DNA of 64,000 nt, from NCBI GenBank assembly GCA_002811645.1, contig PDIP01000098.1, positions 86,701 through 150,700 on the forward strand, in the 5' to 3' direction. This DNA comes from Corallochytrium limacisporum Hawaii. Its lineage: Eukaryota; Protista; Pluriformea. The translations under genes were made by a program, and so were the position numbers. The notes under the pieces are model-generated. The model saw nothing but the letters and a program-made list of their open reading frames with translations. It made no database searches and was not told where the DNA came from. Shown here in pieces: positions 52,714 through 63,580 of this stretch; position 1 is the stretch's first letter; every line of letters begins with the position of its first letter.

Positions 52714-54482
52714 GGTCTAGCTTCCGGTCGCAACACCTCGAACTATTTATTCTTTAAAGTGCAATAGAGTTTTCAACGCAGATAGATCATTGTGTTCACT
52801 ACGCACTCCATTTCAGGTAGACTATGGCCAGTTCTACTATTTGCTGAGTCGCTCCACACGACTATAAAACAGACAGTCCTTAACCATCGGTGGCAGGGTC
52901 GTTGAAGTACGTTACTTTCCGTTCCTCGGCGGTTTCTGTCCGCCATTGGACCCCACAGTATCACAAACCCCAAAGGCAGACACAAGCAATTGCCACCGGT
53001 GGCGTCAAATCTTCATAGCCACCGTGCAACCAAGGACTGTGGAATGCCCAGCTACGGGTTACCATTGTCGTCCTGCAGAGTTTACGGGCTTCAGACATCG
53101 AGAAGAGAGATCCGCTGCGACGCACAGGGTTTTTCAAATTCGTTGCGCGCTGCTGCCAAATCCCTCGCAAGCTTTTTTTCTTTTTTTGCTTCCTTCTTTT
53201 ATGGCCCCGAACAAAACCTCGCCCACTCCTCCGGCCCGGGGGGGGGTCCTTCCTCCCCCCCCCTCCCCCCCTTGGGGCCTTTCTCCGTCCGTCGTTTCTC
53301 CGTTTCACAAAATTAGAAGTTTCTCTCTGTGCGTGCCTGTCTTGGGGCTCGGTTGGTGGGGTTGTCCCGGTGGGTCGTCCTCTTTCGTGCGGTTTGCCAG
53401 CGCGCCATGACGGTGTCACCACCGTTGTTGAACCCACCACCTCCGTTGCTGAACGGCACTTTTCAGGAGGAACACGGACGCGAGGCGGAAACGACGAAAA
53501 GAAATGACCAATATCAGCGAGCGATAAGAAGAACCGAAAACGAAAAACTCCACGGAAGGTGATGATAAAGGGACAGGTTGCGCCGCCCCGTGGACAGCCG
53601 AGACACCTGTGTAAGCTGAGATGAGGGCGGCATAATGTCAGGCCGGCAAAGAAATAGTTGTCCCTGTGCGGCAGATGAAACCCAGAGAGGGAGACAGAGA
53701 GAACCACAAGAAGGGTGCCGTTCCGAGGATCGCCATCGGTCACTCTTCGTCTCTTGCACCTTGCCTTCACTACACACACACACTCACACCCTTCCGTGTT
53801 TCCCAATCGAACACAAAAAATGGGTCGTAACCCACCACCACCACAACCAACCATGGAGAAAGTCCGAAAGAATAAAATACCTTGAAAAAACGAAGAAAAC
53901 GTCGCGCTGCCAATCTGGTGTGTCTCCTGGTCATCCCGAAAGGAACCACCCTGCGCAATCGTTGTACATACCACACGTACTCCGGGGAAAAAAGATTCCG
54001 CGTTCTTCACGCATTCCATTCGGTATTGAATGAATGAACTTAGATTCACATGGGGTACGGCAAGGTAGCGTCTGTCCCGTCCGGGCTCGTTTCCCGGTGC
54101 GGTGCTATCCATCGGAGTTCTCCACCACCGACCGACCAAGATCGACGTGACCACACACATCCAGTGCCGTCATGGGCAGACAGACACCGGTTCCAACCGG
54201 CCTGGTCTGCCAGTGGTCTGTCCATTCGTGACGGCAACGCGGAACGATAGAAAGAGAACGAAAAAGAAAAGAAGAGAAAGAATTCTTAAGACATGGGCCC
54301 AGTTGGGGGAGGGGAGGGGGTGGGGTGCTGGGTGGGCTGGAGAGGTTTTTCTCCACCAACGAACGGGCAAGAGCGCCTCGCAAGACACAGCCAGGACCAC
54401 GCTTTTCAAGAACCGACCCTTCTGTCCTTCACTACGAAAGTAACTCCGAGACGCTCCGGAGAGGAGGAGGAGGGAGGGGGAG

Positions 54483-54485
<3 letters not shown>

Positions 54486-54514
<29 letters not shown>
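54486..54514. repeat. (GA)n microsatellite
   Basis: Perfect GA run. Confidence 0.9.
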
Positions 54515-54516
<2 letters not shown>

Positions 54517-54834
54517 AAGGCCAGGGCCAGAAGAGAAAAAGAAAAAAAAATGGAAACCCAAGAACCAAGGAGAAAAAAGGGGGGGGGGTTCACAGCGACG
54601 GACGGGATTTTTTTTTTGCTCTCAGTGTCTCTCTCTCTTTCTTCTTTTTTTTTTCTTTGCTCTAATTTCCTTTTTAACCTTTCGTAAATTCTTTCCCGGT
54701 TTTGCGGGTGTCCGGAGCAGCGGTGATTCCGGGAAAAGCACTGCTTCCCTCTGCGTGCCATTCCCTTTTCGGCGCCCGCTGATCAAAATCTTTTTCTCTC
54801 TCCTTTTTTTTTTCATTGGTTTGGGGGGGGGGGG

Positions 54835-54881
54835 NNNNNNNNNNNNNNNNNNNNNNNNNNNNNNNNNNNNNNNNNNNNNNN
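54835..54881. other. Assembly gap with duplicated flanks
   Basis: N run; the same approximately 36-nt sequence lies on both sides. Confidence 1.
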
Positions 54882-55496
54882 CTCTCTCCTTTTTTTTTTC
54901 ATTGGTTTGGGGGGGGTGGGGGCGCGGCAAGCCTTTGCGTTCCTGGGTCGAGGCGCGTGTGTGTGTGTGTGCTACACCGGGCTCACATTTTCTTCCTTGA
55001 CACCCGACCGGGTAACGAACGCTTGAGGAGGTGGTGGCTGCCCCTGATGGTTCCCAGCGCGCGCAGAGGATCCTTGTGTCACTTTCGTAGATGTAAAAAT
55101 GCCATACATTCACTATTCACTCCACCGCTCCGTAGTCACGCAAAGAAGCCAAAGGAGGAGGAGAGGTGGGGTGGAGGTTACCGAAACCGGGCAAAACCCG
55201 GTGTAGCCTTTCGTGCAGGAAAGGGTACCAAAGGGCCTAAACTGGGCACTCCTTCACCCCTCCCCCCCCCTCTCCTCTTCCCTTCCCCTGGGGTGGGGTG
55301 AGGGGTGGTGCAAAACTTAGCGTCAGGAACCCAAACTGGAGAATACCGGATGTGAGTGGTGGTGGTGGATGTTCGCTAGTTTCAAAACTAGCGGGGCGAC
55401 GCGCAGGCATAATTGAAGCTGAGCAAAGCGCCGATGGACAGGAAAAGCAGGAAAAGGGGGGAGCCCAATTTTTTGGTGAAAAGAAACCAGGCTTAG

Positions 55497-55516
55497 AATG
55501 GGGGCCTATTTATTAG
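55497..55516 (+). promoter_or_regulatory. Upstream motif copy AATGGGGGCCTATTTATTAG
   Basis: Exact core (reverse complement of TAGGCCCCCA) about 200 nt upstream of ZUP1. Confidence 0.55.
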
Positions 55517-55711
55517 CATGGAGGAGAGATGCACGGAGGAGGTTAGGGGCAAGTGGGGAAGGGGCTTTTTGGTTGAGCAAGCCAGTTGTCTCAGATGGTT
55601 GTAGGAGGGTACATAGATGAGTAAACTAGGTATGGTACACCAAAAAGTTGGAAGGCTCGCGGGATCGGCCAGGAGTGGAGCCAGACGACAGCCAGCGCTG
55701 GCGGTGCTGAC

Positions 55712-57037
55712 ATGGAACCGGCGCGGTGCCCTCACTGCAAAGTTGATATTGCCATAGAAAACGTAGCAGAGCACACTACGTTTCATGAGACAGTGAACAA
55801 ACTGCACATCTGTCAGAAATGTGATGCACAATTGCCAACCGCGATCGACTTAGCTCAGCACGTTGCCCTGCATTTGGAAGCTGAGGAGCAGGAGACCAAG
55901 AGAAGTCCTAGCGGCAAGTTCAAGACCCATGAACCAGACTCTTTGAACCGTAGAAGAATTGGATACTCTGCCCAAGCTTTGAAATACTTGGATCGAGCAC
56001 TCTTCCAGAAACACATCACTGAAGAACAACACAGAAAAATACGCGCGAAGGTCAAGCGCGGAACAGCCGATCTTTACGACCTCATTCCGCAAGGAAAGCA
56101 GAAGAAACGAAGCAAAAAAGAAAGCAAAACCCAGTACAACCAAGCAATTTTGGTGCTTGGAAGCAACAGTCTCAGCATGGGAAAGCCCATTGAGACACTT
56201 ACCACAGAGCCGCTGCTCAAAATGGAATATTATCGGATGGTTCAACACCCATTGGAGTTCCGCCTCACCGATGCGGGGGATCGAAATTGGGGCTGTGGCT
56301 ACCGTAATGCACAGGTGCTCATGGACTATGCACGCAAGCGCTACCCAGACTACTATCGCCGGTGCCTGCTGGCTGATCGGGTACAGGTGGAGGGGAAGGA
56401 GGATCTCAACCCGGATGCAGTGCCATCGGTAGTGATGATCCAGCGACTTATTGAATGGGCATGGCAATGTGGCTTTGACAAAGAAGGTGCAGAGCAGCTA
56501 GGATGGCGCCTGCAGAACACCAGCACTTGGATTGGTCCTACGGAAGTGTGGGCCATGATGACATGTCTCGGCTTCAGGGTGCAACTCTTGGATGTGCCCT
56601 ATTGTCCGTCGAGCTTCTCTCCGGACATGGACGAAATTCTGTCCCCAAGGTTCTTATTTTCTGGTCTCCACAATACCTTTGAGGATCCACGTCCATTCTT
56701 TCGGGTGATTATGGACCCGAACGACGTCAGCCCCGTATTTCTTCAGTGGAATGGGCACAGTGTCACCGTACTGGGTTTGCGTTGGACTTTGCCGCATGAG
56801 CGGGACAATGGCAATCTGGAGCTTATCGTCAATGATCCCAAACTGACATGGGACCGTGTCCAACAGGGTCTGGCCAGCCCAGAGAATTTACCATGGTTGA
56901 CCATTGCGGATCACGAGTTAAGGGAACCGGAGTACTCTATGTTGGAGATCCTCGGCCCCAGGGAGGACCATGATTTGGACCCGGAACGGTGGCCCAAGTT
57001 CCCCACGTCCATTCGAATCGAAGTGGAGGAATCGTAG
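55712..57037 (+). CDS. ZUP1: Zinc finger-containing ubiquitin peptidase ZUP1/ZUFSP (peptidase C78)
   Basis: 441 aa; two C2H2/UBZ-like fingers, DRNWGCGYRN catalytic Cys, GFDKEG, WIGPTE, LQWNGHSVTV, NDP. Confidence 0.9.
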   Translation: MEPARCPHCKVDIAIENVAEHTTFHETVNKLHICQKCDAQLPTAIDLAQHVALHLEAEEQETKRSPSGKFKTHEPDSLNRRRIGYSAQALKYLDRALFQKHITEEQHRKIRAKVKRGTADLYDLIPQGKQKKRSKKESKTQYNQAILVLGSNSLSMGKPIETLTTEPLLKMEYYRMVQHPLEFRLTDAGDRNWGCGYRNAQVLMDYARKRYPDYYRRCLLADRVQVEGKEDLNPDAVPSVVMIQRLIEWAWQCGFDKEGAEQLGWRLQNTSTWIGPTEVWAMMTCLGFRVQLLDVPYCPSSFSPDMDEILSPRFLFSGLHNTFEDPRPFFRVIMDPNDVSPVFLQWNGHSVTVLGLRWTLPHERDNGNLELIVNDPKLTWDRVQQGLASPENLPWLTIADHELREPEYSMLEILGPREDHDLDPERWPKFPTSIRIEVEES

Positions 57038-57122
57038 CATTTCGGTTTCATTACATATGGATTACATTCATTGTAGTGGTGTATTTCAGCTGGTGGCGGC
57101 AGTTCCTTTTGTTTTCTACCTC

Positions 57123-59246
57123 TTAGTCCAATTCGTACAGGAAAGCAGCCTTCGGTCTGTGCTCATCCAGGTCTACAGGTGCCTCGAAGCGTACACCAGA
57201 GGAGATCGCAGAACGGTTGTCTGCATTCGGAGCACCGGTGGCAGGTACTAACCCCTTCCTGGCATCATCCAGGTGTACTTCGATGACCCCAGTGCCCGCA
57301 TCGGCGGTCTTTACATCAACGCCCACAGCCCGGGCCGTGTGATCAGTGTTCCAAGGATCTCCGGAGCTCATGCGTTCGGCAATGGCGAACTTGGCGTTCT
57401 CCTCGGTGTCGAACAATACGGTCTGCTGCTTGCTGATACTAGGTCCAACTAGCAGTTTCTGCCATTCGCCTGTACCTTTCTTGGGAAAGATAACTACTGC
57501 AGAATCCGGAGTGACGTTGATCGTGGCATTGGCACCGTCAAAGTCGACGCCCCCCGGGACATGCACAACGGCGGCCCACTTGCGGCGCTCTCCATAGACA
57601 TTGCACAGGCCCCTGAGCACGGCATTCGGCGACTCACTGTTGACCAGCTCGACGCTGTCCACCTCGATCTCCGCTAGTTTCAACACCAGCGTGGCCGTGG
57701 TCTCGTCCTGGAAGACCTCGATCGGCGGAAATTCTTCCAGGGAGTCGAGATTAGTCGTAGCTTTAACTACACTTTCCTCTCCCTCCTCCTTCAGGGGGTC
57801 TGCCACGACGTCCTTATCGACCATGACGTAGTCATCTTTTGGTTCTTCTTCTTCATCTTCCTCTTCCTCTTCAGTAGCTTCCTCTACACTCTTTATCCCG
57901 CTTGTATCGTCTACATGTGTCGGAATCTCTTCGACAAGCCCAGGTGCTGAATCTGTATGGGTTTGAGCAATGCCCACCTCCTCAACCAATCGCTTCTGAA
58001 CGACTGGCAAGACAATTGACAGCACTGCTGTTGATTTCTCGTACTGTGCCTCAGCCTTCTCCTCGTTGACTGGGTAAGCAAGCTTGAGCTTCAGCATGTA
58101 CCTTTGCTTGGGATTGCCGATGTGGGTAACTGTCAGAATCTGGTTGTCCTCGTCGACGTCTACATCCAATCCCCTGGAACTGGTTGTTCCCGGAAGACCA
58201 ATCTGAACGGTAATCGAAGATGGCCTCTTAGTGGTACCCGTTCCAGATTCTTTGTGTTCCCAGTAATCCGCATACTCAACATTCTGTCCATATTTGAGAG
58301 AATATACGGGTCGCATATAGCCATCCTCGATGGCCAGCTCCCGCTTGGCCAGCGCTTCCGCGCGCGCTGTTTGTTCTTTTTCTACCTCTTGCATTCGACT
58401 CGCCAGCTGCATACTTTGTACCTCATTCCGTAGCGAGCTGAGAACATCCTTGCCTGATGTCGAGTGCTCCAAATCTATGTCCTTGATTGCCTCTATTGAT
58501 ACGTTGGTCTCTTTCCCTCCCGCGCCTTCCACACCATCCCCCGCACGCCTTTCCATCTCCACTTTTACGGCTTCCTCCTCCAGTTTCTTGCCCATGTTGG
58601 CCATCATTGGTGACATTTCAAGCGCACGTGCCATGATCCGTGGTGGATCGCCCTTGTATTTCATACGTGGGTACTTGATGTCCTTGGACACGAGTCCACA
58701 CTCAGGGAAATGGCGATTCAGGGTATCAATGCAGGTGTCTACCAGATCCTCTCGCTTGAGCACACCTCCCACCACATTGAGGGTCAGCGGGTTAAACACA
58801 ACATCGTAGACGCGACAGTTATTTCCATCCTTATCTTTGTCTTCACGACCACCTTTTTTGCTTGACTGACTCACCCGGTTCACAATGTTTGGTATGTCCC
58901 ACACATAGCCCGATTTGCCCTCCTGTTCCACCTTCCGTGTCACTGGTGGATCGACGTTGGTATGGTGACCAACATTGACAAATACTTTCTCACCATTGGA
59001 ATTGCGCAGTTTGAAAACAAAGCCAGGAGTTGGGGTAATGAACCCCACCGAATTACCAGCTTCAGCCTCGACCTTACAGATTTCTGCCTCCCGCTGTACC
59101 CGCACATCAGGATCTTGCATTTCTTTCACGTATTCAAAGAACATTTTTTTGAACTCATCCTGTTTCATGGAATCATTGAATCGATTCAATTCTTCGGCGG
59201 TGATATCCGCCTTGTCGAGGCCTCCACGGTCGTCAGCACCCGACAT
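57123..59246 (-). CDS. DNAAF2: Protein kintoun, axonemal dynein assembly factor 2 (PIH1 + CS domains)
   Basis: 707 aa; EFKKMFFEYVKEMQDP, FITPTPGFVFK, KVFVNV, REDKDK..VYDVVFNP, CS domain ending LSIVLPV, second CS-like domain, LYELD C-terminus. Confidence 0.9.
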   Translation of the reverse strand: MSGADDRGGLDKADITAEELNRFNDSMKQDEFKKMFFEYVKEMQDPDVRVQREAEICKVEAEAGNSVGFITPTPGFVFKLRNSNGEKVFVNVGHHTNVDPPVTRKVEQEGKSGYVWDIPNIVNRVSQSSKKGGREDKDKDGNNCRVYDVVFNPLTLNVVGGVLKREDLVDTCIDTLNRHFPECGLVSKDIKYPRMKYKGDPPRIMARALEMSPMMANMGKKLEEEAVKVEMERRAGDGVEGAGGKETNVSIEAIKDIDLEHSTSGKDVLSSLRNEVQSMQLASRMQEVEKEQTARAEALAKRELAIEDGYMRPVYSLKYGQNVEYADYWEHKESGTGTTKRPSSITVQIGLPGTTSSRGLDVDVDEDNQILTVTHIGNPKQRYMLKLKLAYPVNEEKAEAQYEKSTAVLSIVLPVVQKRLVEEVGIAQTHTDSAPGLVEEIPTHVDDTSGIKSVEEATEEEEEDEEEEPKDDYVMVDKDVVADPLKEEGEESVVKATTNLDSLEEFPPIEVFQDETTATLVLKLAEIEVDSVELVNSESPNAVLRGLCNVYGERRKWAAVVHVPGGVDFDGANATINVTPDSAVVIFPKKGTGEWQKLLVGPSISKQQTVLFDTEENAKFAIAERMSSGDPWNTDHTARAVGVDVKTADAGTGVIEVHLDDARKGLVPATGAPNADNRSAISSGVRFEAPVDLDEHRPKAAFLYELD

Positions 59247-59531
59247 AGCGGTTGGCTTTCCTGATCAACAGGGCAACCACCCGAACCTATGTGAGCCAAA
59301 GCTATCCCATACGCACGTTGTGTAATAGCAACAATTAGATAGCCTAGGTTTGCCAACCCATTAAATGCCTACAGTTTGCCGTAGGCCATAACAAACCTTG
59401 CTCCAGGGACCCGAAACGACACTATCGTGTACTCAACAAAGGAAACCAAAAGCGACGAAAACCCACCTGGACCAGGGCACCAAGGGGCCCGTGCTGCGAC
59501 CGTCGCCCTTTTGAGAACCGCCCGCCCCCCC

Positions 59532-59835
59532 NNNNNNNNNNNNNNNNNNNNNNNNNNNNNNNNNNNNNNNNNNNNNNNNNNNNNNNNNNNNNNNNNNNNN
59601 NNNNNNNNNNNNNNNNNNNNNNNNNNNNNNNNNNNNNNNNNNNNNNNNNNNNNNNNNNNNNNNNNNNNNNNNNNNNNNNNNNNNNNNNNNNNNNNNNNNN
59701 NNNNNNNNNNNNNNNNNNNNNNNNNNNNNNNNNNNNNNNNNNNNNNNNNNNNNNNNNNNNNNNNNNNNNNNNNNNNNNNNNNNNNNNNNNNNNNNNNNNN
59801 NNNNNNNNNNNNNNNNNNNNNNNNNNNNNNNNNNN
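59532..59835. other. Assembly gap
   Basis: N run. Confidence 1.
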
Positions 59836-60046
59836 CCTGCTGAATGCCGGCAGCCACAAAAGTGAGAAACTGGCCCCCGGCCCCCCCCGGGGGAGAGCGG
59901 AGCAGGAGGGGCCCGGGCTTCGTCTGCTCCTGCACTCTCAACCAACGACCTCTCCAACACCCTCCCCCGCCTATCACCAGGGCAGCATTGGCGAAGGGGC
60001 AAAAGGGAGGAAACAAGGGAAGTGGGGAGGTTAGGTAGAAAGTCAT

Positions 60047-60130
60047 TTTTCTAATGTAAAATAGGCCCCCATTTAAACTGAACCCCTGCGTATATGACTT
60101 AAGGCATAGACGGATGGGGGCCTAATTTTA
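60047..60130. promoter_or_regulatory. Inverted pair of the TAGGCCCCCA motif
   Basis: TAAAATAGGCCCCCAT (60057-60072) and ATGGGGGCCTAATTTTA (60114-60130), 41-nt spacer. Confidence 0.6.
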
Positions 60131-61604
60131 TCCCGAGGGCGAGGTCTCCACCTTTCGTCCTGACGGGCATGATGGAAAGGGAAGGCAAGAATGCAACAAA
60201 GGGGAGCTAGGCCGGGACCGGCGACAGGATGGATGTCTCTTCAGCATCATCCGGGAGGGCTCAGTTTAGCTTTCTGCGTGTTTTCGAACCCATCCGCTGC
60301 TTTGAAGATGAACGGTCCAAGAGATAGTTGGAGATGCGAAGGATACATGAGACGCACCACCGGAAGAGTGGGGCATATTATGCACTGGTCACATGCTGAG
60401 CACGTTGAGAGCAATCTGCCACCTGCAATGGTTCTTGGTATAGGAGGCTCTCCAATTAGAAGGGTACATGCCATGTTTGGAATGGAACCATGCGATGATG
60501 CCGTCCCCTTCTCTCCCTAGGCCTATCTTTCTAAGACGTTCCAAGAGCAAGCGTATGATAAAACACACACACCCAGGTGTCTTTGCCCCGGATCGCCCAC
60601 TTGCTTGTGTTGATTGGCACAAGGTGAGATCAGAAGAAAGTAGCAGACAAGCAACAAGGTCAAATGATCCGAAGGAGCTCTCAATTCACCGCAGGCATAC
60701 TTTGGGGAGGATAGGTCTCGCGCTTGCCTCCAGTGAGCATCCGGTTTATTCGTACAAAGTAATGGACGGGGATGGACTGCTGACGTTGACAATTGGTACG
60801 ACAACCATACCCGCAGCATCTATGGACCATGCTACAAGTACCAACTTCACCAAGGCATACACAAATACTACAGCACATACAGCCTTCTCTTGGACGGGGT
60901 GTGTGCAACCGGACCGGTTGATGATGGAATGGCAATTGGAGAAAATGATATGGATATATGAATGAATAGGATGTGCACGGCAGCGATGGAGATTGATGAA
61001 TTGGAATCTTTGTAGAATTTATCAATTACTATGCTTCCGACTGCCCCTTCGCTCTTGTTTTGATCGTGGTTAAACTCAGAGAACTCCCATGTGTACCTGT
61101 TGGGCTGTTGCACACCTTCCTTTCGGCGGCAAACGAAGCGGGATGGTTGCTGAGTTCGTTCGGCTGGCACCATCGGGCCGCACAGCGCCCCCACCAATTC
61201 ATCTTTTCCATGTAAACCTGATGCGCTGATACTCGTACCTCACAATGATCTTCAATTTGCCTGTTGACCACTTAATAATCTTCACAATACTCAGAGCTTG
61301 AGAGCCCAAGGGATGCCAGCCACGCAGAGCCGGTAAGAAGTGGAGCATGGAGAGGATAACGGTCCAAGCCTATTCATAACTCAAGACTTGCTCCATTTGG
61401 TTCGAATCAGCCATGCGCTTCGCGGTAATCACTGCAGCCATCAACGGCGGGTACCCACTTTTCTGGCCAACGGGGGGTCAGGAATCACTTCGAGTGGATA
61501 CCAATACTTCACCCACCCTTGCCCAAACCCCTTAAGCTACGCGGACCCACAAGGTCCATGTGCCAGCTCATGGAGGCGACTGACTTTGTCGCTGCTTCTC
61601 TTGT

Positions 61605-61963
61605 NNNNNNNNNNNNNNNNNNNNNNNNNNNNNNNNNNNNNNNNNNNNNNNNNNNNNNNNNNNNNNNNNNNNNNNNNNNNNNNNNNNNNNNNNNNNNNNN
61701 NNNNNNNNNNNNNNNNNNNNNNNNNNNNNNNNNNNNNNNNNNNNNNNNNNNNNNNNNNNNNNNNNNNNNNNNNNNNNNNNNNNNNNNNNNNNNNNNNNNN
61801 NNNNNNNNNNNNNNNNNNNNNNNNNNNNNNNNNNNNNNNNNNNNNNNNNNNNNNNNNNNNNNNNNNNNNNNNNNNNNNNNNNNNNNNNNNNNNNNNNNNN
61901 NNNNNNNNNNNNNNNNNNNNNNNNNNNNNNNNNNNNNNNNNNNNNNNNNNNNNNNNNNNNNNN
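61605..61963. other. Assembly gap
   Basis: N run. Confidence 1.
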
Positions 61964-63532
61964 GTTCACTGATCGTGCTAGGTTCTCCGTCACCCTGTCT
62001 CCCTATGCCGTCTCAGTCACCGCTTTTCGCGCTTGTTCGTCGTTGGCGGACCATTTTCACGCACTGCTGACTCTCCGCCTGTGCCGGCGGAACCATCTGC
62101 ACCTGTTGTGTCCCCAATGATGTCGCCTTGATTCTTGGACTATCCCTAGGTGTGTACTAGAGGCCACGTCTTCCTCGGTCCCGCATTGACGCAAAAAGTG
62201 TCCCCCTGTTGTCTGGCTTTATTCCTTGCCAGAGAAGCTCTAGACTGAACGTCCGCAATTTACAACAGTCACTGGACGGGTAGGGTGTGCTGACGAGCGT
62301 GCAGCGAGCAGTGCTGACAAACGTGTTCGGCGGCTGGGTACTGCGGCTGACACTGCTGATGTGACGCTTGCAAGCAACAAGCATGAAATTAAATTGCTCG
62401 TTTTTACGATGGTATCATTCCCTCCTGCGTGCGTCGCAAAATAAACAACGCACGGCGGCAACCCCCTTCCGGGGGCGCAGATTACCGCTCTGACTTCCTT
62501 GGTCATCAACCCGCGCATTGCGCACTCCGTACCAATTCCCCTACCAGCGGGAAGAACGGTCCCAAGTGGGTACCCAGAGCGAACACCCAAAAAAATTAAT
62601 TCTTCTCTGTGTTTTTTTTCTTGCTCTCAATTATCTTTTCCTGCAACCACAGCACGGGCGGGTTGCCGCCGTTTCCGAAGGCTGCAACTGCGCAGAAACC
62701 GACGCGGAAAAAGGTGGGGAGGAAGGGGGTGGAGGAGAAAAATTTGACGGGAGACAGGCTAGCAAGCAAGGAGCAGCGAGGAGCAGCGGGTGCAGACATC
62801 ATCATTTGTCGGTTGCTAATCCGCGTACCACGGCACGGTGCGCTGCGCCCAATTCAAATCACCATGATCATTAGCATTTTTCATCGCCTATAACATGCAT
62901 CAGGAGCAAGAAAAACGTAACTGCAGGAGTGTACTCGGTGTTTGCGGGGGCGACCGTTGCTCAGACTGAGGTAGCATTCGAATGAGTGTGTGGGTTGGAG
63001 CGGAGCAGAAAAGTCATGAAGACGGTGGATGAGCCATCCATTTCCCAGAACTGCATGCAAGAAAGTTAGATTTAGGATACTCTATTTGCACACACTCTCG
63101 AAGCAAAGTCGGGATATGGCCACATCGCCAATGAGATCTGTTCGGGCTCCCCCGCCGCCTCCACAAGGCCCCGGGATTCGTTGTGGGTTTCATGCTAGGG
63201 GACCTGTGCCTGTGTGTGAAGAATGGCACCAGTCGCGCTAACGAGCACGACAAACGCACGTCTTTGCTCGCATTTCTTTCGCGACAGAGGTGGGCCAAGG
63301 TCAGGTACGCCTGGCATACAATGAACGGACCAGAACTGGGTCCATTATGCAGCTTACGTTGTATAGAGAGAGCTGGGGTTTGTGCCATGTCGAGCATACC
63401 GAGACGTCTACGGCTCTTGCGTCTGTCCGATCAGAGCTCCGTACGAACCCATTTCAACAGAACGACAGAGCTGGGACCTTGCGGGTGGAACTGGTTATGG
63501 AAATGGAAGCTCAGACTATGTTAGGGGGGGGG

Positions 63533-63580
63533 NNNNNNNNNNNNNNNNNNNNNNNNNNNNNNNNNNNNNNNNNNNNNNNN
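63533..63580. other. Assembly gap
   Basis: N run inside poly-G. Confidence 1.

Noticed and set aside
52961-54160. 399-aa minus-strand ORF
   Set aside because: Non-ATG start, low-complexity composition and no domain; lies in the ATE1 upstream region
54795-54917. Direct repeat of about 36 nt around an N gap
   Set aside because: Unmerged contig overlap is more likely than a target-site duplication
61395-61412. GGTTCGAATC as a tRNA T-loop
   Set aside because: Flanks do not pair into a T-stem and no cloverleaf is present
59369-62070. ORFs containing X runs
   Set aside because: Length is inflated by N gaps
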